A stretch of 64,000 nt of DNA from positions 21,080,001 through 21,144,000 of the forward strand of contig OZ249440.1 in NCBI GenBank assembly GCA_965235115.1. Direction: 5' to 3'. Positions 1 through 7,827 of this stretch are shown in pieces. Numbering within the stretch: position 1 is the first letter of the stretch; each line of letters starts with the position of its first letter. This DNA is from Laetmonice hystrix (taxonomy: Eukaryota). The notes below the pieces were generated by a model, which saw only the letters and a program-made list of their open reading frames with translations, had not been told where the DNA came from and did not search any database. A program made the position numbers and the translations under genes.

Positions 1-1
1 T

Positions 2-3000
2 ACGGTGAAAGCAAACTTTGAACCCACGCCGCTCCAACTCTGGGATGAGGAAGTCAGCAACATATTCCTCATCCTCATCTGCATTGGAGACAAATACGTC
101 AAACTCTTTGTTTTCTCCGAGACATTCGTCCCTGTCCCACGGATGCCATTTAAATAGTCTAAAGATCCGCGCCTTTAGGGTAGTGAATAAATTTATCGTG
201 CTGAGCGATAAAAGGACCAGAGTTATAACAATAAGAACAGGTGTTAATATATACATTGTGACCTTGTAATCAGGAACCACAGGGTCACCACAAATAAACT
301 GGTCGTCTGGTAGGTCAACGATAACCTTGCCTCCAACCCGCTGAGGACGCATACATTTGACCTTCTCTATGTCATGGATAACAGCCCTGTGGTCCAGGAG
401 CCAGTTTTTGAAGGGTAAACTCTCACAGTCACACACCCAGTTATTTTCTCCAAGCAAAACATCAGACGGACCGAAATCTACTATCGACGTCACATTCAGC
501 AAACGCTCGAGTTTGTTGTCGTCAAGGTGGAGGCTGGTGACGTCATTGAAGGCTAGGATTACGTCAGCAGACAGCTCACTTATGTGGTTACCGCTCAGCC
601 ATAGCGTTTTGATAGAGCTATCCTGTATGTAAGGTGGAGGGGCAATGTCTGTAATATTATTGCCCTGCAAGAGAAGGTGATATTGGCATCGAAATTCTGG
701 TCGAAGTGTAGATGTTAAACAGTGCTTTAGTGTCGGCAAATTGATGGGCATATCAACTAAGTCCTTGTTCTGGCAGTCGATCGAAATATTGTTTTTCATG
801 TCGTAATAACAGCTGCAACCGGCGGGACAGTTGTTGGGAACCTCGCAGACAAACTCATTCCAACCCTCAGGGCCAGGGTGGTTACAGTTAGCCAACCGCA
901 TGATTTCTGCCATGGTGCCCGTTGGGTCGTTTTTGGCCAGTCTCTTCGCCCTCATATAATAAAAGAAGTCATTGCCATCGCAGTTTCCGGGGTTGGGTAT
1001 AAGTTTCAGTGTAAGTGCTACATCATTTCGGTGGATGTCCATATTATACCCCAGTTTATTTACATGTGTTATGTTATTGTGCCTCAGGTCCATTGTAGTA
1101 TACAAGCGATTATTCGACAGAAGTAGTTGTTTTAACGCCTTATCTTTCAGTTCCCCATACACGGCAGACTCTATGGACGAAATATAGTTGTGGTGTAAAA
1201 TAAGTTCCGTAAGTTGTTGACAGTCGCGAAATGTTCCTTCCCGGAGGACGGTGAGATTGTTGTATGAAGCATCCAGTTTCTTCAAACTGGACCACTGGGC
1301 CAAACTCACCTCAGTAAGAGCATTTCTTGTGAGGGTCAGCGCCTCAATCACACTGAAGGAAATGTTGACCTCGGTGCCAAAAATAAGTAGGAAATTATAG
1401 GCAAGTAATACTTCTGAGAACCTAGCCAAATCATGATACACTTGTGGTTCTATCCTAGTTATCATATTGTAGGACAAATCGAGGACCCTTAGAGAGTGTA
1501 AACCTGCAAAAGTGTCGTTTCTTAGGACAGTCAGCTCATTGTAACGAGCATCAAGATATTTTAAATGAAACAGGCAATTCAGGTGTAGATCTTGTAGTCT
1601 GTTGTGATAGAGATCAAGTCTACTCATATTTGACGTGTTACACGGTATACCGTCTGGAATCCCGAACGAGACTAGCTGATTATTTGTAAGTGTGATGTAA
1701 GCAATCACACCGAAGGAAATGTTGACCTCGGTGCCAAAATTAAGTAGGAAATTATAGGCAAGTAATACTTCTGAGAACCTAGCCAAATCATGATACACTT
1801 GTGGTTCTATCCTAGTTATCCTATTGTGGGACAAATCGAGGATCCTTAGAGAGTGTAAACCTGCAAAAGTGTCGTTTCTTAGGACAGTTAGCTTATTGCA
1901 ACGAGCATCAAGATATTTTAAATGAAACAGGCAATTCAGGTGTAGATCTTGTAGTCTGTTGTGATAGAGAACAAGTGTACTCATATTTGACGTGTTACAC
2001 GGTATACCGGCTGGAATCCCGAACGAGACTAGCTGATTATCTGTAAGTGTGATGTAAGCCAATGTTGATATCGAAAAGAGTTTCTGGTATGCCTGTGTCT
2101 CGATCTGGGAAATATTGTTTTGGTTGAGCAGGAGAGACCTTAAGCTGTGGAAACCCCTGAAAGAGCTGTTTGGTAGGACACTTAATCCATTGCCAGCAAC
2201 AGATAAGTACTCCAAGCTAATCATGGAACTCCAGTCCAGACCATCAAAAGAACGTAGCATGTTAAAAGACAAATCTATTTTTTGCAGACTTGGTATATTG
2301 GCCAGTTCATCGTATACAGACATGTCGATCCGCGACATTCTATTGAGGTTTAGCGATAACTGCCTCAAATGACGCAAGTGACGAAAGCTGCCATTTTTCA
2401 AGACGGATAATCTATTGTCTGATAGATCCAGGATCTCTAAATTCGACAAACAATCCAAGTTCACCCCCTGTAACTTATTACCTTGAAGCATCAGTATCCT
2501 TACGGCAATCTTTGCGCACTCGTAAGGCTCATGTATCCCAAAGGAAAAAAGGTTGTTGTGAGAAAGATCAACAGTTGTTAAAGAAGGTATTGAGAACAGC
2601 TCACGGTAGACTCCGGCTTCTATCTGAGAGATGGCGTTCCCTATAAGAGAAATATTCCGTAGGCAGTAAAACCCAGAAAAGCTGCCATTTTTCAGTATGG
2701 CTAGCCTGTTCCAAGATGCATTCAGTATGGTGACACTTGTGAGACAGCTCCAGGGGAGGTCGGAGAGGGAGTTCGCGCGAACAATTAACTCAGCCAGAGT
2801 GGTCATGTTACAAACAAATTGCGGGACCTCCTTCATGTGTATGTTGAACGCCATTCTTATTGAAGAGAAGTTGAAGCGAAGGAATTCTACCGTTCTCTGG
2901 TTGATGTATGGAACTGGATCATGGGTGCACTTAGTGATTCTCAGAACATCATTGGTAACGTCACCTTCACAATCTCCTGGCCAGAGTGACTCGGCGACAT

Positions 3001-3163
3001 CGGGCTCGACATGCCCCGTTTTTATTGACTGCTGAGTCATCCCAGGACATCCTGGTCTCACAGTTGTTCCCGAGGCAGCAATTGTCGACGCCGCCCAGAC
3101 TAAGAGAAGAATGTATTGCACCATCGAGCCAGCAATGCAGAATAATGAAGCCTTATATGCCAT
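2..3163 (-). CDS. Toll-like receptor, multiple-cysteine-cluster (protostome/Toll-type) architecture, intronless over the visible part, 3'-partial (TIR continues past position 1)
   Basis: Hand translation of the minus frame (plus-strand triplets starting at 2,5,8...) shows no stop from 3208 to 2; upstream in-frame stop at 3209-3211; ATG at 3163 (second ATG at 3124, MVQYILLLVWAASTIAA, signal-peptide-like). About 26 LxxLxLxxNxL repeats, internal cap NPGNCDG...C...C, LRRNT CPAGCSCYY, 3-4 more LRRs, LRRCT NNWVCDC...C...C, TM (MYILTPVLIVITLVLLSLSTINLF, about 185-256), then TIR start EFDVFVSNADEDEEYVADFLIPELERRGFKVCFHR. 1054 codons visible. Confidence 0.96.
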   Translation of the reverse strand, partial: MAYKASLFCIAGSMVQYILLLVWAASTIAASGTTVRPGCPGMTQQSIKTGHVEPDVAESLWPGDCEGDVTNDVLRITKCTHDPVPYINQRTVEFLRFNFSSIRMAFNIHMKEVPQFVCNMTTLAELIVRANSLSDLPWSCLTSVTILNASWNRLAILKNGSFSGFYCLRNISLIGNAISQIEAGVYRELFSIPSLTTVDLSHNNLFSFGIHEPYECAKIAVRILMLQGNKLQGVNLDCLSNLEILDLSDNRLSVLKNGSFRHLRHLRQLSLNLNRMSRIDMSVYDELANIPSLQKIDLSFNMLRSFDGLDWSSMISLEYLSVAGNGLSVLPNSSFRGFHSLRSLLLNQNNISQIETQAYQKLFSISTLAYITLTDNQLVSFGIPAGIPCNTSNMSTLVLYHNRLQDLHLNCLFHLKYLDARCNKLTVLRNDTFAGLHSLRILDLSHNRITRIEPQVYHDLARFSEVLLAYNFLLNFGTEVNISFGVIAYITLTNNQLVSFGIPDGIPCNTSNMSRLDLYHNRLQDLHLNCLFHLKYLDARYNELTVLRNDTFAGLHSLRVLDLSYNMITRIEPQVYHDLARFSEVLLAYNFLLIFGTEVNISFSVIEALTLTRNALTEVSLAQWSSLKKLDASYNNLTVLREGTFRDCQQLTELILHHNYISSIESAVYGELKDKALKQLLLSNNRLYTTMDLRHNNITHVNKLGYNMDIHRNDVALTLKLIPNPGNCDGNDFFYYMRAKRLAKNDPTGTMAEIMRLANCNHPGPEGWNEFVCEVPNNCPAGCSCYYDMKNNISIDCQNKDLVDMPINLPTLKHCLTSTLRPEFRCQYHLLLQGNNITDIAPPPYIQDSSIKTLWLSGNHISELSADVILAFNDVTSLHLDDNKLERLLNVTSIVDFGPSDVLLGENNWVCDCESLPFKNWLLDHRAVIHDIEKVKCMRPQRVGGKVIVDLPDDQFICGDPVVPDYKVTMYILTPVLIVITLVLLSLSTINLFTTLKARIFRLFKWHPWDRDECLGENKEFDVFVSNADEDEEYVADFLIPELERRGFKVCFHR
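1345..2058 (-). repeat. In-frame tandem duplication of 357 bp (119 codons, 5 LRRs) inside the TLR ectodomain
   Basis: 1345-1701 and 1702-2058 align without gaps; 12 substitutions in 357 bp (about 96.6% identity); reading frame preserved. Confidence 0.97.
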
Positions 3164-4888
3164 CTGCACTGAACCTATATGAACAGTTTGTTGGCGAGTG
3201 TGTGTGTGTCAAGTACGTAATCCGACGCGGTCGAAAATATATGGTTTTAGACGTCCTGCAATAGAAGAGAAACCTCCCAAGATATTTTCACAAGATAATA
3301 CATCCAAGGTACTATGCTGGCATTCTTAATCTAACAATGCATCAATAATATTATGTCTGTATGCCAGATGATGGATCCTTATATAGGGATTTCGAAACTA
3401 GGCAGGACTTCTATCTACTATTCCTTCTTATCAAAAACCACATACCGGCCTACCGTGACAGCAGCTATAGTCCGGTTTGATCAGTCGACGGTCTGAATCT
3501 CACTCTATATCGTGCAGTAATAGTTGATCATGTGCACAGGGCAGACACTATTTGTAGAGTAATGGGGCTCAGTCCCGGACCTGAGACTCTCTCGGTTTGG
3601 TGATACAGATGACCGTGCTCCACAACATTCGTTCTCTGTCCGTTCCCATGATGAAGCGCTCGATAAAAACGCGGACCACGCTTTGCTTTTTCCAGTTGCT
3701 TTGTTTTCCACTAATCCGCCCTCCCCCTCTAATGTAGCACTCCCATGTTCATAGGTTATCTTAGGCTGGTAACCGACAAGCTCCGTGCTGACGATCAGAA
3801 AGTAGGACAGAAAATGGCCTAGAGAAACAACACAACGGGTTGATACAAGTGTAAGATATACTTTCAAAATATTTTATTAATTTCTATATTTTTGTGTGTC
3901 ATGTTTTTCTGTATATGATACAACAAATGTTCATTTTCTACACCTGTGTAAAACTGATTGTCTTTAAACTCGCATCAATGCACCCACTATAACGCACAAG
4001 GCTAAACGTATCCAACGATGACTGAGTTCATTTAATCGCAGTGTAACTCCTTTCCAACCCTTGTTCTACCCCACCATCCCTTTCCAAATAGAAAAGAAAA
4101 TAATCAAGGTCTTGCTAAATTGCACCAGTTGAACTTTGAATTCAGTATTGAGTAGTATGACTAAAGGGACTTACAACCCCGCTCACAAAACGTTTTAAAA
4201 ACGTTTAATTCATAAATTATAACGTTCCTAAAACGTAAAGTTATCATTCTTTGCTAGCTTGGAAAGAGTGGTTTGTCCTCTTTATTCTATGACAGTGATG
4301 TATTGCAACCCAATTGGGGAAGTCTTGTATGAGATCATTGTATCATACATCTGCTGGTATAATGTCAGACACTTTGTAAATTACAAAACGACGGTTCTTT
4401 ATCAAAACCTTCTCCATGACGACACTAACTGCTGCCGTGAAATAACAAAAGGAAGGAAGTCCAACTTTCATCAAAATCGACTTATGTGTAAATTTGCATT
4501 CAGGGAAGTAAGTCCTATCTATCAATGTGTGTATTTCTGCTAAACATCCTTCTATGAAGCTATCAGTCACATGACAGAAGAATGCATGTCCATCCAACTG
4601 CACTGTAGCGACAACTTGTTTATGTCCATTTCTCGAAACTTTGGACCCAGGTTATAATTGATCTATAGCTGGCACAATTAGCTTATCTCTTCCTGTAACA
4701 GGATAAAAGGAGAATGATTACCGTAATAGATATTTATAGGAAGGACTTCTAGGTGGGCGTACATCGTGAGATAGGACCGTTATATCATGTACATACTATA
4801 TGCAGTCACATCGGCCTTACAGGGACCGCGGAATCGGGGGGATGGGTGGGGGTTGAAATTCAATCAGTGTCATATGAAACCTAATTTG

Positions 4889-5043
4889 CCCAGAACCTCA
4901 TCACCCGCCACTTTCCAAACTGGCCCGCTGTATGATTCCCAGAACCTCATCACCCGCCACTTTCCAAACTGGCCCGCTGTATGATTCCCAGAACCTCATC
5001 TCCCGCCACTTTCCAAACTGGCCCGCTGTATGATTCCCAGAAC
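4889..5043. repeat. Minisatellite, 49-bp unit, about 3.2 copies
   Basis: Unit cccagaacctcatcacccgccactttccaaactggcccgctgtatgatt; AGAAC starts at 4892, 4941, 4990, 5039. Confidence 0.93.
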
Positions 5044-5279
5044 AAAGATGCCTTTTCATTTCTCATAGTATGATATCATGAAGGGTGCAATCGTTTCTAT
5101 AATCATTCACATAAACGGAATGGGTGTGGAGCATGCCTCCTACCTCGTAGTTTTCAAGGATTAAATCAGTTTTAACAACACTGGAAATAATGCCGTGCAT
5201 GGTGCCCACCAACATTGGTAGATAACTCGACAAATTCACGGGGGGCCGCACGAATTCCTTAAGGGAGGGCCAACAATCG

Positions 5280-5289
5280 GGGAAATCCC
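5280..5289. promoter_or_regulatory. Possible NF-kB (Rel) site about 2.1 kb upstream of the TLR start codon
   Basis: GGGAAATCCC matches GGGRNWYYCC; a single motif with no functional evidence. Confidence 0.2.
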
Positions 5290-6201
5290 CCGACTATCGG
5301 CACGGGGGTTCTCTCCATGATATTTGTATCTCTATACTTGAGGAGTGGGGCTGGCGTCCCCTTGGCCTTCTCGATTCGCCACTGAAATTTCCTTCATTTC
5401 CTTTTAGGCCTACTCCACGCAAAACATTTCCAAAGGTGTAGAAGTATGTCTATCATGTCCTCGTGAATTCATGCCATGTTGACATAACAAGCGGGAGACG
5501 ACAAGTAGAAAGGTTCAAACACTATTTTGTTATCTCTCTGCGATATCAAGATTTTTGTATGTTTAAAACTGGAGGCACGTACGATAAGCAGTTCTTCTGA
5601 CATTGCCACGCTACTACCTCAGCGCCACGTAAAAATGGCATGTGACAGTACGTTACCTAACTCAGTACCGTAAATTACACTTTGTCATGTTCATCCATAT
5701 TACGTAACATTACAGAAATATGACAATTCCAATTTTGGTATTAAATTCCTCAAAGCTGTGCGCTAAATTGCTGTTTTTAACAACCCTGGAAACATCAATA
5801 TATTAATATTATACATAATTATTTACATACATTACATGGGTAAGCTTGGCTAATACCACTTAATTACTGCGTCAAACCTCCACTTTAACCAACTTTCTAT
5901 AGAAGGCACAATAGGCTTGTCACTTTCCGACGTGAAATGTTTGCGCAGGTTCCCAGAAGTCTATGTGGTTTCACTCAATGCCCACTGGCAGAGGCAAACA
6001 CACAGGGTCACTTGAGGACATCTCTGTACGAAGTACATCCTCACAGACTTTGATACAGACTTGTAGCCTTACAAATAACAAACACGCACATCCGCACTGT
6101 TTGCATAGGAATGATCCTCATTCACGATTGCAGTGACATGGCCACCAATTCGATTACTTTATCCGGTCTATATGTTGGTCTGTGACTGGCTGACGTAGTA
6201 T

Positions 6202-6322
6202 CATCTCCAGGGTGGTGGAGACGGATACGGCTCACAGCTGCCATCTCAAAGGTGGCGGAGAGGGATACGGCTCACAGCTGCCATCTCAAAGGTGGCGGGG
6301 ACGGATACGGCTCACAACTGCC
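6202..6322. repeat. Short tandem repeat, 40-bp unit, about 3 copies
   Basis: GGATACGGCTCACA recurs at 6223, 6263, 6303. Confidence 0.88.
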
Positions 6323-6394
6323 GGGAGGATGGTTGGGCAGCCAAGGGACCATGGACAGTAACATTTACCCCGTTTGTGGAATCACGCCTTCAGT

Positions 6395-6400
6395 TTTATT
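6395..6400 (-). terminator. Candidate polyadenylation signal (AATAAA) for FGFRL1
   Basis: Plus-strand TTTATT at 6395-6400, about 0.9 kb downstream of the stop codon at 7304; position plausible, unconfirmed. Confidence 0.3.
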
Positions 6401-7303
6401 TCATGTCTTAATATTTGCCCTTTATATACAACTACAAACAAATAACATAGGTATATACAAAAACCGTACATCTGTACATTATCTTCCCATAATATCAATA
6501 CCATGGGCAACTCTTTTTTTCTGATGTAAGACACTATAAATACCAGTATAGAAACCTGTTGTGTGGTGCACCAGTTTGAGAGATCTACAGACTGAAGCAT
6601 GAAATAAATCAAGCCTTTTATATTATTATGCGGATTTAAAGAAGATGGCACGGTAGAAACGACGATATTTGCAAGGTTTCGAATACAACTCTATTCATTT
6701 CCCACGGCACTAACGCCCCCCGACAGAAGAAAAGTTCGCTCCCGGGAAAATTTTGTCGGCACTCACGAATTCTGTAACGCTTTGTCATCTTAACTCAACT
6801 GGATCCACATATACCATTGCCATGCCAAGTATTGCCTGTGTCCACAACAATTTTTTCACACTTGTGCCAAACCCCTGCGTTTAGAAATATAAACAAATTT
6901 GTGTCATCATTTCCGCTACTGGCGAAACGCCCAAAAACCCCGAGTCACACATGATTCCGTCTCGTCACGATGTTGTGTAAATTGTCCACCTGGGGGCAGC
7001 ACGTCACGTCGCGCCCCCTATTGACGTGAACGGGAACCATCACCAGAGTCCTGCTGGTATTAGCACCGTTGTCGTGGAGGCGGAGAACTATGATATCGAC
7101 CTACATCACATGGTTCTGATTGTCATTGTCACCATTCAGTCCTATCTGTCAACGTGACATTTTCTGTTCAATAGTAGACTTTTCTCTAAATCCTGAAATG
7201 ATGTCATCTACTAGATCGCCGTCCAGAAAACGGATCTATTCACCAGAGAGTAGCCTACAATGTACAAAGTTACCATAGTCATTCCCATGCAGTTGGCTCC
7301 CTG

Positions 7304-7511
7304 CTAGCAGCCATAGTGCATATGTTGGTGCTGTTGAAAGCTTTGTAAAAGGGACGCTTGAGATGGAGGTGGCACTTTTGGTATGGAGACATCGGAGTGT
7401 ACATCGGAGTAGTTCTTTAAAATACGCTCTCTGCTGGGAGCCCCGTGGACGGGTACGCCATTCATCGGCATACCCATGCCATAACTGTGATTCATGTTCA
7501 TGTGAGGCTTT

Positions 7512-7549
<38 letters not shown>

Positions 7550-7827
7550 ATGTTGTTGCAGGGCGTGCATCTGCTGGGCCTGCAGTGGCGTGTAATGTTG
7601 GTCATGATGTTTGTCCTGGCCCGAGAGCGGCGGCACTCGGCAGTGTTGGCGGACCACCGACTTGTTTTTCTTGGCCCTCGCTCGGCGCCGTCGATGGAGC
7701 ACGTAGAAGGATATGACAACGATTAGGATGATGACAGCAGCCGGGACTGCTATGATTAAAGGCAGGGATGGCGATCTGAAGCCGTAAAAGTCGTCGTCTC
7801 GATGACCCTGCCCAACCTGCGAGGGAT
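7304..7827 (-). CDS. FGFRL1: FGFRL1 last coding exon: juxtamembrane, TM, cytoplasmic tail
   Basis: Acceptor tggacag|AT at 7828-7829; TM LPLIIAVPAAVIILIVVISFYVL followed by HRRRRARAKKNK; polyQ; KNYSDVHS; HQHMHYGC; TAG at 7304-7306. Confidence 0.93.

Noticed and set aside
2-3163. Bacterial or horizontally acquired LRR gene, or a pseudogene
   Set aside because: Signal peptide, cysteine caps, TM and TIR make a standard animal TLR; intronless TLRs are common; the frame is fully open. It is missing from the ORF track most likely because its stop lies outside the window.
18-3264. Short plus-strand ORFs over the TLR
   Set aside because: Antisense shadows of the TLR coding sequence with no recognisable domains.
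3505-3867. 120-aa ORF with a KSKAWSAF stretch faintly like a BED-finger start
   Set aside because: The required CxxC and His pattern does not follow in any frame.
4177-4262. Degenerate MITE with aaaacgtt subterminal repeats (also MITE-like fragments near 24849, 49889, 56215)
   Set aside because: No matching pair of terminal inverted repeats or TSD could be established by eye.
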